In this document: positions 26,322-35,082 of the stretch, piece after piece
How the letters are laid out: every line of letters starts with the position of its first letter
How positions within the stretch are numbered: the stretch's first letter is position 1
NCBI GenBank assembly: GCA_050732295.1
Contig: JBOHQS010000002.1
Location: 416-64,415 of the forward strand
DNA length: 64,000 bases
Direction: 5' to 3'
From: Candidatus Methylomirabilales bacterium
Lineage (GTDB): Bacteria > Methylomirabilota > Methylomirabilia > Methylomirabilales > CSP1-5
Notes under the pieces: generated by a model
Seen by the model: only the letters and a program-made list of their open reading frames with translations
Told to the model about the DNA's origin: nothing
Database searches by the model: none
Made by a program: the position numbers and the translations under genes

Positions 26322-27374
26322 TTACGCCCGCGTCGGACAGCGTTCCACCAGTTCACAGAAAATATCGTCAATCGAATAGCGAATCTCCCACCGCGGGTAA
26401 TCTCCCCTGAGGCGACGCAGATCGCTGATGTAGCAGATATGGTCGCCCAGTCGGGGAATTTCCACATACCCCACGTCGAGTTTTTTACCCATCAGCTCCT
26501 CGAATCTTTGAATGGCCTCACGGACGGACACACTGTTTGTTCGACCTCCACCCAGGTTGTACACGGCGGCCACTCTTGGATTTTCGCAAAACTCTCTGAT
26601 AGCTGTGCAGACATCATAGGAGTGAATGTTATCTCGTACCTGTTTTCCTTTATAACCGTATACGCGGTAAGTCCGACCTTCCCGTATCGCACGGACCAAA
26701 TATGCCAGAAACCCGTGCAGCTCCGCCCCGGAGTGATTTGATCCTGTCAAACACCCACCCCGAAAGCAAACCGTCGGCATTCCGAAATAGCGGCCGTATT
26801 CTTGCACCATCACGTCGGCTGCCAGCTTCGATGCCCCGAAGAGGCTGTGCAACGACGCATCGATGCGACAAGTCTCATCAATGCCTTCACGATAATTAGG
26901 ATCCGCGTAGTCATAGCGTGTCTCGAGTTCGACCAAGCGAATCTCGTTGGGTGCATCACCGTAAACTTTATTGGTACTCATGAAGATGAAGGGAGAATCG
27001 GTACAGTACCGTCGGGTTGCCTCCAGGAGGTTCAGTGTCCCTACCGCGTTAATGTCAAAATCGTCGAACGGACGATCTTTAGCTAAATCGTGCGACGGCT
27101 GCGCCGCACAATGGATGATCAGATTGGGCCTGTGTTTACGAATCAAGTCTAAAATGGCCGGCCTATCACGAATATCAAGATCGTGATGTGTGAAACGCTT
27201 GGTGGTCGCCTGGAGGCGCTGAAGATTCCAAGTCGTATCACCATCAGGTCCGAGGAAATCACGCCGCATGTTGTTGTCGACCCCGTGAACGTACCAGCCA
27301 AGCTCATCGAAAAACTTGACTGCCTCAGACCCTATAAGACCGCTACTCCCTGTAATAAGGACTCGTCGAATCAC
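26322..27374 (-). CDS. Extended SDR, CDP-paratose 2-epimerase-like NAD-dependent epimerase (catalytic Tyr replaced by Phe)
   Basis: 350 aa, GTG start. [13 protein letters not shown]; STNKVYGD...ETRY...; GKQVRDNIH; NLGGG..NSVS. These align to the tyvelose-epimerase pattern, but YxxxK reads FGASK. Confidence 0.7.
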   Translation of the reverse strand: MIRRVLITGSSGLIGSEAVKFFDELGWYVHGVDNNMRRDFLGPDGDTTWNLQRLQATTKRFTHHDLDIRDRPAILDLIRKHRPNLIIHCAAQPSHDLAKDRPFDDFDINAVGTLNLLEATRRYCTDSPFIFMSTNKVYGDAPNEIRLVELETRYDYADPNYREGIDETCRIDASLHSLFGASKLAADVMVQEYGRYFGMPTVCFRGGCLTGSNHSGAELHGFLAYLVRAIREGRTYRVYGYKGKQVRDNIHSYDVCTAIREFCENPRVAAVYNLGGGRTNSVSVREAIQRFEELMGKKLDVGYVEIPRLGDHICYISDLRRLRGDYPRWEIRYSIDDIFCELVERCPTRA

Positions 27375-27443
27375 TGATTAGACCTCACCGGTTGCAACCT
27401 AAGATTCCTCTGGCTATGAATTCACGCCGATCATGTAACGCCC

Positions 27444-28466
27444 CTAATCGCCCAGGAGCCGTCCGAAAAGGAAAAACACGCTCTTCCCCCAATCTTTGAC
27501 CTTGCGCTTCCACGTCCGTCGGTCTTGCAGCATCCCGTCAATCACTCGATCATGCAGCCGGCGATTTCCAGTCTCGGAGCCGATGCCCCCGATCAATGCG
27601 ATCGCGAGGTCCAGGAATCCGAGTTCGCTCAGGACCAATGCGTGGCGGAGCTGATCAGTCTCCTCCAGTTCGCGGTGCACCGGCATGGAAAGGGTGTAGT
27701 ATGCCTCTCCAAACAGGAGCGTTCCTCTATCAGCGCGAATCCGATGCCCCGACCAGATCACCTTGTGCCGGGAATCGAAGTCCAGGTCCAGGAGCATGAA
27801 CCCATGCGATCGCAGAAATACGTCGATGTCCGCAAAGAGGTGTTGCCCCTTGTACAGAGGCAAGAACTCCACCTCGGTCTTGATGACGCTCACCCGGCGG
27901 GCCTTCAACAAGTCTTCCGCTCCCAGCAAACACTCGTACTCCATTCCTTGAACGTCGAGCTTCAGATAGTCGATGCGGTTCAGTCCCTCTTCCTCAGCCA
28001 CCGCATCGAGTGTCGTCGTCTCGACCTCTTCGGTCCCGACGACCTGAAATTGGTCGGCGAGATTTTTTCCGAATGAAAAGTGGTGGTCGATTGCCGCGAT
28101 CAAGTCGACATTCGGCTCCAGCAGCGACGAGGAACCCGCGCCTCGGGTGATGCGCAGCGTCGCCCGTCCGGGCCTGTCGGCCAAAGCCTTGTCGAGGTAC
28201 CGGATGGACCGGTACGGCAGGTCGCGCACCTTTCGGGCGACTTCGAGGTCGGTCGTACCCGCAAGAATCTTCGCGTGCTCCTCTCGGTTGGGTTCGAAAC
28301 CGATGACGTCGCAGAAGGGTGCCAGCCGGGGCAGCTCCCACGTCTTGTTCCTGGCACCCCCGTCCACAACTACCAGAGAGCGGGCGCCGAGAACCTCCCG
28401 CACCAGCGCCGACCACTCGGCAACACGCTCAGCCTTTGCGGCCTTCATATGGGGTTTACCTCTCAC
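27444..28466 (-). CDS. FkbM-family methyltransferase
   Basis: 340 aa. VVVDGGARNK...VIGFEPN; IDYLKLDVQGMEYECLLGA. Confidence 0.8.
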   Translation of the reverse strand: MRGKPHMKAAKAERVAEWSALVREVLGARSLVVVDGGARNKTWELPRLAPFCDVIGFEPNREEHAKILAGTTDLEVARKVRDLPYRSIRYLDKALADRPGRATLRITRGAGSSSLLEPNVDLIAAIDHHFSFGKNLADQFQVVGTEEVETTTLDAVAEEEGLNRIDYLKLDVQGMEYECLLGAEDLLKARRVSVIKTEVEFLPLYKGQHLFADIDVFLRSHGFMLLDLDFDSRHKVIWSGHRIRADRGTLLFGEAYYTLSMPVHRELEETDQLRHALVLSELGFLDLAIALIGGIGSETGNRRLHDRVIDGMLQDRRTWKRKVKDWGKSVFFLFGRLLGD

Positions 28467-29857
28467 ACCCCGAAGCGTTCGGCCACCGCCCGATAGATCG
28501 CTTCGCAGGCCGGTTGCCTCCTGGAAGCCCGAGCGGAGGATCCCCTTTGGATTCGATGGCTTGCAAGCGCCTCCACGAGCCGCGCAAGCTCAACCGGATC
28601 GTATGCGTACATGGCCCCCGGGAACCGGAACAGGTCCGCGCGGCGGGCGCCTTCCCTCGTGTGACCCATGACGTCATAGATGATCAATGGCTTTTCGAAG
28701 ACCTCGATCAATACGTTGGTCGAGCAGGGGAAAGAAACGACCCCATCGCAGTAAGGATACAACTCGACGATCTTCCGCGACCTGGCGAGGAAGTGCCCAT
28801 ACTCTTTCGACACGAAATCGTACTGGTCCGGATTGCACAAGGGATGGAGCGACAGCACTACCGGGCGCCCAGCGTCCTTGAGGCTCTCCATCCATGATCG
28901 GAAGTATCCCCAGTATTCATCGGAGGTCCTGTAGTAATTCGGCTCAACGTTGAAGAGAAGAAATCCTTCGCCATTCTTAAGCCCGAGTTCCTCGTACAGT
29001 TGGGTGCGGTAATTCTCATCACTCAGCTTCTCGAAGACCTCATCCAGCAGCGGCTTGCCCGATACGACGATTTTCGAAGCATTGTAGTCACTGTCCTCGA
29101 GCATCTTCCGCGTGAACTCCGATTCCACGAAGACGAGGTCGTAGCTCTCGACCGGTTTCTGCCACGGATTGCGTTCGAGTAACCCCATCAAGCGCGCGGT
29201 CCACATCGCCAGCGGCTCAAACATAAACACGCGATAACCGTCCCTGGATCGTGTCCATTCTGGAAACACCACCGCAAGCATTCGATTTGCTGCATTGTAG
29301 TCCACACGGATGATGGGCGACTTCGTCCCGCTTTCGAGATTATCGAACCTCGCCTCGACGGAGTTTCTTTCCCCGAGGTAGGGAAATACGGGCAGGCAGC
29401 AATAGGGGATCCGCCCCGCTCGAGCCGCCCGGGCAATGCCGTTGTCGATCTGGAGACACGAGTGGAAGGGTCCACCGAATATCAGGTCAGGGGCAACCGT
29501 GGCAACCAAACCTTTCACATGCCTCTTCACGCGCGAGGCGCGCCGGATCGAGGACAGTAAGGCGCCTGCGGAATGGAGCACGAACGACCGAAATCCAGGC
29601 TTTGCCTCCGGAACGGCGTCCGGTGCCCTCAACAATCCATCTTGCCTCGCCAGGGGATCCCCGTACCGCAGAGCCGCCGGTGGACGATGGACCGTAAACC
29701 CTTGATCCTCGCAGATCCGGGCGGCCTCGTCGGCACTGGCGCCGGAATAGCCGATGACAACATGGACGTCGAAGCCCTTGCTCTTATAGAAACGCGCTAC
29801 CGGAAACATCTCCCGGTAATAGTGCACGATCGAAAAGATGAACAGGGCCCGCTTCAT
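28463..29857 (-). CDS. Uncharacterised GT-B-like transferase (TagF/KpsS-like features)
   Basis: ATG 29857 forms an ATGA overlap with the upstream stop (track start 29914). KIVVSGKPLLDEVF, FLLFNVEPNYYR, VVLSLHPL (HP motif). Function unknown. Confidence 0.4.
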   Translation of the reverse strand: MKRALFIFSIVHYYREMFPVARFYKSKGFDVHVVIGYSGASADEAARICEDQGFTVHRPPAALRYGDPLARQDGLLRAPDAVPEAKPGFRSFVLHSAGALLSSIRRASRVKRHVKGLVATVAPDLIFGGPFHSCLQIDNGIARAARAGRIPYCCLPVFPYLGERNSVEARFDNLESGTKSPIIRVDYNAANRMLAVVFPEWTRSRDGYRVFMFEPLAMWTARLMGLLERNPWQKPVESYDLVFVESEFTRKMLEDSDYNASKIVVSGKPLLDEVFEKLSDENYRTQLYEELGLKNGEGFLLFNVEPNYYRTSDEYWGYFRSWMESLKDAGRPVVLSLHPLCNPDQYDFVSKEYGHFLARSRKIVELYPYCDGVVSFPCSTNVLIEVFEKPLIIYDVMGHTREGARRADLFRFPGAMYAYDPVELARLVEALASHRIQRGSSARASRRQPACEAIYRAVAERFGV

Positions 29858-31704
29858 TGCGAGGGGGTCTCCGTGATGCTTGACAGCCACAGCTCCAGAT
29901 TGACGAGCTGCCACAGGAACATCATGTGATTTTCTTGGAGCGCGCTGGTCGAAACGATCCGGTCGTGTTCGTCCACAAGCCGTTCGACCTCGCCCACGTT
30001 ATAGATGCCCCGCTCGCGAAACGTCCGCGAGCGAATCAGATCGAGAATCGGCTCGCGGCCCGGGCCGGAGAACCAGACATGGGCCGGGGCGTTCCACCCG
30101 GTCTTCTTGATCCTGGTCCGCGTCTCTTCGGGCAGGATTCCCTGCATCGCCTCGCGGAGCAGGTGCTTGGTCACGCCATTCCGGATTTTCAGGTGTCCGG
30201 GCACCCGAAACATGTGCTCGACCAGCCGATGGTCGAAGAAGGGAAGAAAGTGATCCAGCCCGAAGGCGGTCGCCTGTCGGTCTTCCGCCCGTAGGCAGCA
30301 CGGGACCGTCTCGCGGAAGATGTCCTGGTACGTCCGGTTTCTCAGGTAGCTCGGGAACGGATGATCCATCACCGGTTCGAAACCAGAGAGATCGAAGAAT
30401 TCAGGATTGAGAGCGGAGGTGTAGCACCTGACACGACCGTAGTCCGGAAGGCACCGTCCCGGACGTGAGAAGTCCACGAGGCTGGCCAAGCTCCTCTCCA
30501 TCCCTTTGACGCTTTTCCGGAAAATCGGATGATCGTGATACGTGATCCACAGGCCGGCCTCGCGGGCCAGCTCCGCTTCCAGGCCTGCGGCTCTGAGGTC
30601 CGCAAAGTGATAGATGAAGTGCTCGTACTCCCCTGCGTTCAGTTCGTCGCCGCCCAGGCCGCCGAAGAGGCTCCCGAATCCTTCCTTTGCCGCCTGCTCG
30701 CACAGGAGAAAGTGCGAAAGCCAGGTGGCGGTTGCCACCGGCTCGTCGTGGACCTCGATCATCCGGCGCACCAGCCCGAACACGTCGGGTGTCCCGACCC
30801 GAACGGGATGCCACTCCTTGACCACGGCTTCGACCATGGGACGGATGTCGTCGCTCTCATCGTACGTCCTGTCGTCGTACACCGCCGAGAAGGCGTGCTG
30901 CCTCGAACCGCTGGCGCGCACGGCAGAGGCAAGCACCGAGGAGGAGTCCATCCCGCCCGACAGCGTAAAGGCCGGCTCGCGAGCAGCCTTGAGCCGCAGG
31001 GCGACGGCGTCCTGGAGCAGCGCGCCGTACTGTTCGGCCAGCTCTGGCTCGGGTGCCGTAAACTCAGGCGCATCCTCGAGGGACCAATACCGGCTGCTCG
31101 TCACCTGGCCGTTGGCAACCCGCAAAACGTGCCCTACCGGAAGTTGGGCGATCCCTTGGTAGGGCGACTGCTCGGGGTCGTTATCAAAGTACCGGTAGTG
31201 AGACGCGGCAAAGAGGGCCACAAATCGCCGGTTGACTTCTCGCGAGACCCCGCGGAGCGCCAGTAAGGCCCTCGGTCGTGAGGCAAGCGCGAAGCTGCCA
31301 CCCGCCGTGGTGTAGTACAGCGGCTTCAAGCCGAACCGATCGCGACCCAGCCACAGCGTGTCGGTCGCACCGTCGTACAGCGCCACGGCGAAGTCGCCGT
31401 TGATGCGGCGCAGCGCGTCGGAAAAGCCGTGCTTTTCGTACAGAGCAACCACCAGCGCCGCGTCGTTCTCTGGAGCACCAAGTTCATCCCTGTTATAGAT
31501 GTGGCCATCAAAAACGGCGATCACGTGTCCGGCCCGCGCGATCCCCGGCAACGACCACCCGCACCACCCGAGTGCGGCGTTCCCCACCACTGCGGTGCGG
31601 CACGCTACGGCCTTGTCCGGCGACGACAGGCGCAGCATCGCCTCCACTAGGACCTCGCGCTCCTGTCCTCGAGCGCCCCCTATGATCCCTGCAATCCTCG
31701 ACAC
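29854..31704 (-). CDS. Asparagine-synthase-like protein lacking the N-terminal Cys nucleophile
   Basis: 616 aa. GTG start, then SRIAGIIGG where paralogues have CGIAG. The synthetase half is intact (SGGMDSS PP-loop). Confidence 0.75.
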   Translation of the reverse strand: MSRIAGIIGGARGQEREVLVEAMLRLSSPDKAVACRTAVVGNAALGWCGWSLPGIARAGHVIAVFDGHIYNRDELGAPENDAALVVALYEKHGFSDALRRINGDFAVALYDGATDTLWLGRDRFGLKPLYYTTAGGSFALASRPRALLALRGVSREVNRRFVALFAASHYRYFDNDPEQSPYQGIAQLPVGHVLRVANGQVTSSRYWSLEDAPEFTAPEPELAEQYGALLQDAVALRLKAAREPAFTLSGGMDSSSVLASAVRASGSRQHAFSAVYDDRTYDESDDIRPMVEAVVKEWHPVRVGTPDVFGLVRRMIEVHDEPVATATWLSHFLLCEQAAKEGFGSLFGGLGGDELNAGEYEHFIYHFADLRAAGLEAELAREAGLWITYHDHPIFRKSVKGMERSLASLVDFSRPGRCLPDYGRVRCYTSALNPEFFDLSGFEPVMDHPFPSYLRNRTYQDIFRETVPCCLRAEDRQATAFGLDHFLPFFDHRLVEHMFRVPGHLKIRNGVTKHLLREAMQGILPEETRTRIKKTGWNAPAHVWFSGPGREPILDLIRSRTFRERGIYNVGEVERLVDEHDRIVSTSALQENHMMFLWQLVNLELWLSSITETPSQ

Positions 31705-31710
31705 TCGACG

Positions 31711-32454
31711 CTACCCTTTCTCAGCCAGCACATGGCACCACGGCGTGAAGAGGGCGCCGCGGAAGATCAACCTCTCCCCGCTCTCCATGCGCACCGTGTG
31801 ACTCGAAATGTCTGAACCATCCTCGGGTTCTGGCAAGTCAATGGGGATTTTGAACGGCTGGAAGGAAATTCCCGAGAACCCGCTCTTTTCGAGTGCCGTG
31901 GTGACCCTCCGATAGGAACGAAAACGTATCTCGAGACCTCCTAGATGTGTCTTCGACCGCTCGATAATTGTTAGTTCCTGCTCATACGGATGAAACCAGT
32001 CAAAAACAATCAACGCACCGTGCCCACGAAGTCCATCTGCAATGTTTCCTACGGCGAGGTCGAACCCCTCCTCGTCGAAAAGACATAACACCGCGTTCAC
32101 CACGACGATGTCGAACTCCCTTTTGCGGCTGAGCCGAAGAAGGTCCATTTCCTCGAAGTTAATCCCGGAGAGGGCGGGGTTTTTTCGGCACTGCTCAACA
32201 ATTTTTGGGTACACCTCTCCTCCGGTTAACACCACCTCGGGAACCTTGTGCTTGAGATGAAACAAGAGATTGCCGCTAGAGCATCCGATATCCACCAGGG
32301 AGAGCGACCGCCCGATGTCTCCTCTCCGCTGAACGATCTCCCGGACCATCTCGATGATGACCCGGTCGCTCTCCCGGATCTGCGTTGCGTACTTCTTCTG
32401 GTACTCGAGGTAGTCACCGCCCACGTACTCGCCATAGGATGAGAGGCGAGTCAT
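31711..32454 (-). CDS. Class I SAM-dependent methyltransferase
   Basis: 247 aa. Motif I LVDIGCSSGNLLFHL. Confidence 0.8.
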   Translation of the reverse strand: MTRLSSYGEYVGGDYLEYQKKYATQIRESDRVIIEMVREIVQRRGDIGRSLSLVDIGCSSGNLLFHLKHKVPEVVLTGGEVYPKIVEQCRKNPALSGINFEEMDLLRLSRKREFDIVVVNAVLCLFDEEGFDLAVGNIADGLRGHGALIVFDWFHPYEQELTIIERSKTHLGGLEIRFRSYRRVTTALEKSGFSGISFQPFKIPIDLPEPEDGSDISSHTVRMESGERLIFRGALFTPWCHVLAEKG

Positions 32455-33131
32455 GGAAGCCTCTCTCCAACGAAAAATTTCCAGTAGTGGGGGTAATCGA
32501 TGACCATCTCAACCTGCCCGCGCGTATGGCAGTCTTCGACCTCACGCACCGTGAACCCGTACGATTCGATGAATTCCATGAGGTCGCGGGTGCAGTAGGC
32601 GTTGACGTACACCTTGAGGTCACACCCCTCGTCCAGGTACTTGTCGAGGACATAGGCGTATTCCGCCTCGTCCTTGCATGACTCCCGGAGGATGACCGTC
32701 TTTCGCGCGCACTTCAGCAGACGTTCGAGCGGACGGTGATAGTTGTCGATGTTCGAGAGGACATTCATGCAGAGGACGTGATCCGCGACGCCGTCGAGGT
32801 CCTCAATCCGCATCACCTGCAGCCGCTCCGGCGGCAGTCCGTAGGCCGGCAGGTACTTGCGGCCGATGTCGATCAGGGACGGCGCGGCGTCAATGCCGAA
32901 GTACTCCACGGGGATTCCGTGCTTCCGCAGCGAGTGAAAAAAATAGCCGCTGCCGCATCCCACATCGAGCAGCGTGTCGCCAGGCGTGATGTGGGGCGCC
33001 AAGAGCTCGGCCGCCTGCGCCGCGCACGTCATCTCGGGCTCCTCGAGGCGGCAGCGCCGCGCGTAGAGGTCCTTCACGCGGCGACTGTGTTCCCAGATGC
33101 AGTACTTCAACCAGCCGTCGTCCTTGATCAC
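32451..33131 (-). CDS. Class I SAM-dependent methyltransferase
   Basis: 226 aa. Motif I LLDVGCGSGYFFHSL. Confidence 0.8.
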   Translation of the reverse strand: MIKDDGWLKYCIWEHSRRVKDLYARRCRLEEPEMTCAAQAAELLAPHITPGDTLLDVGCGSGYFFHSLRKHGIPVEYFGIDAAPSLIDIGRKYLPAYGLPPERLQVMRIEDLDGVADHVLCMNVLSNIDNYHRPLERLLKCARKTVILRESCKDEAEYAYVLDKYLDEGCDLKVYVNAYCTRDLMEFIESYGFTVREVEDCHTRGQVEMVIDYPHYWKFFVGERLP

Positions 33132-34036
33132 GCTCGTCTCCCGACCAGCATGAAGGCAGACGCCATGAAGTATCCGCGCCAGTCCTCCGGATCTTCAATC
33201 GCCAGGCTATGGAGGCGGAAAAGGTCCGGCATCTCGGCTTCGAACATCGGTGGCAGGCAGTGGTAGTGATAGAAGAGCAGGCGGACGTCGGTAAGACCTG
33301 CAGCAGCAAACTGCTCTTTGAGGACAAAGGGATTATGGGTCCGCGACAGGACCTCGTCGTACCCCGGTTCGCCGGCCCTCCCTCTACGGAGAGGCGGCAA
33401 GTCCATTCGGAAGTGCTTCTCGAGGCCTTGGAGCACTGCACGCACTTTCGGCTCGTCGCCGCCCGCCTGTGCCGCGAGGCGCTCGGCCTGGATCAGCTCG
33501 TCCAGGAAAAAGCGGTAGGAGTAGCGGTTCAGGGTGAACAGGGCAAAGAACGCGTTGCGCGCCTCGAGCACCACGAGGCCCTTCTTTCTCACCGCATCGC
33601 GCAGATTCCGGATGACCTGGACGTCCGCCTCCTCGGGGACGTGTGGGAGGACACCGATGCAGATCGCTGCGTCGAATCGCTTCGCACTCTTCGCTGCCGG
33701 CGGCCGGAAGGCTTCAGCCGAAAGCACACTCCCCTGCCAAATCCGCTCCGAAGGGACCCCAAACAGCTCCAGGGCGCGGCGCGCCTCGGCAACCATCTCC
33801 GGCGCCAGGTCGAAGCCGTACACGTCCAGCTTCTCTTCCGCCAGGTGGCGCAGTAACGAGGCGGGCCCGCACCCGGCGTCCAATACGCGCTTCACCTTCG
33901 CCTCCCGGAGCACGCGCTTCAGGAGGTCCACATGCACGGGGGGGTATGGCGCCTTCGTGCCGTAGAAGTCCTCGTAGTAGCTCTTGCTCCACGCCGCGTA
34001 GCAGGCCTTGACGGACGGCCCCGGATCGTCCACCAT
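33128..34036 (-). CDS. Class I SAM-dependent methyltransferase
   Basis: Motif I VLDAGCGPASLLRHL. I prefer ATG 34036 (or GTG 34033) just after the upstream stop at 34045, with GGAGGA upstream. The track start at 34132 would overlap by 88 nt. Confidence 0.75.
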   Translation of the reverse strand: MVDDPGPSVKACYAAWSKSYYEDFYGTKAPYPPVHVDLLKRVLREAKVKRVLDAGCGPASLLRHLAEEKLDVYGFDLAPEMVAEARRALELFGVPSERIWQGSVLSAEAFRPPAAKSAKRFDAAICIGVLPHVPEEADVQVIRNLRDAVRKKGLVVLEARNAFFALFTLNRYSYRFFLDELIQAERLAAQAGGDEPKVRAVLQGLEKHFRMDLPPLRRGRAGEPGYDEVLSRTHNPFVLKEQFAAAGLTDVRLLFYHYHCLPPMFEAEMPDLFRLHSLAIEDPEDWRGYFMASAFMLVGRRA

Positions 34037-34044
34037 TCCTCCGG

Positions 34045-35082
34045 TTACCTCCTGCGCGCCGCCAGCCACATGTGAGACGACAACCCGTGCTCGGCCAGAA
34101 ACTGCTGAAACGGCCATCCGAGCCGATCCCATTCGTCGATAAGGACGCGCTTGAGAAAAGGATCGCGGGACACGTCGAACTTCCCCTCCAGGATTGCGGT
34201 GCGCACGAACTCGGCGTCCAGTCGCCCAGGTGTGCTTACCTCAAGCACCCGAAACCCGCACGACTCCACCAGCAGAGGCAGCGATCGGGGATTGAAGAGA
34301 TTGACGTGTTCGGGGTCGATAGCCAGCGAGGCACTGCCGAGCACGGCGATGTCGAAGCCCTGGCCGTTTGGGCACGACAGGACGAGCAAGCTGCCAGGCT
34401 TTGTCAGGTCCACGCACTGTCGCAAGAACTGGCGGGGTTCGAAGAGGTGCTCGATGACCTCAAACGCCACCGTGACGTCAACAGCGTCCACCTCATTGCC
34501 CACATCCTCGATCCGTTTGTTGATGACCTCAAGGCCCCGGGCGCCGCAGGCCTCTGCCATCTCGGGATTCGCCTCGACCGCCACCACGCGTGTAAAGCGG
34601 CCGGATGCCTGCGCCAGCGCCGCAAAGGTCCCGAAGCCCGACCCGATCTCCATCAGGACACCATGCGGGATGCCATGCCGGTCGCAGTAGCCGATCACCC
34701 GTTCGAGCCACGGTTTGTGTACCTTCTCTCGTCGGGCATCTTCAGAAGCTGGAAAGATGTGCTGAGCCCAGTAGCGATAGTTTTCGGAGTCACTGTAGTA
34801 TTCTGCCATCACGCGGGACGAGGGTCTGGGGGACATATAGAGCGTCTCGCACCCACGACAGGTCACGTACTGGAAGGTGAACTTCTCGAACGCGGCCTCT
34901 GCATCGGTCGCCAGGCACGCCGGGCACGGGACGGAGACGAACTCGGCGCGGCGTGCCTTAAGACGTTCGATGTCGCGCGCAAAGGCCGCCTCCTGGCCGG
35001 CAAGCAGCTCGTCGGGGCAGAGCTCCTTCTCGCTCAGGCGTTCCCGTAGCGCCGCCGGCCTCGGATCATAGGCGCTGCTCAT
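34045..35082 (-). CDS. Class I SAM-dependent methyltransferase with N-terminal zinc ribbon
   Basis: CPACL...CRGCETLY; motif I LMEIGSGFGTFAALA. ATG 35082 forms an ATGA overlap with the upstream stop (track start 35208). Confidence 0.8.
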   Translation of the reverse strand: MSSAYDPRPAALRERLSEKELCPDELLAGQEAAFARDIERLKARRAEFVSVPCPACLATDAEAAFEKFTFQYVTCRGCETLYMSPRPSSRVMAEYYSDSENYRYWAQHIFPASEDARREKVHKPWLERVIGYCDRHGIPHGVLMEIGSGFGTFAALAQASGRFTRVVAVEANPEMAEACGARGLEVINKRIEDVGNEVDAVDVTVAFEVIEHLFEPRQFLRQCVDLTKPGSLLVLSCPNGQGFDIAVLGSASLAIDPEHVNLFNPRSLPLLVESCGFRVLEVSTPGRLDAEFVRTAILEGKFDVSRDPFLKRVLIDEWDRLGWPFQQFLAEHGLSSHMWLAARRR

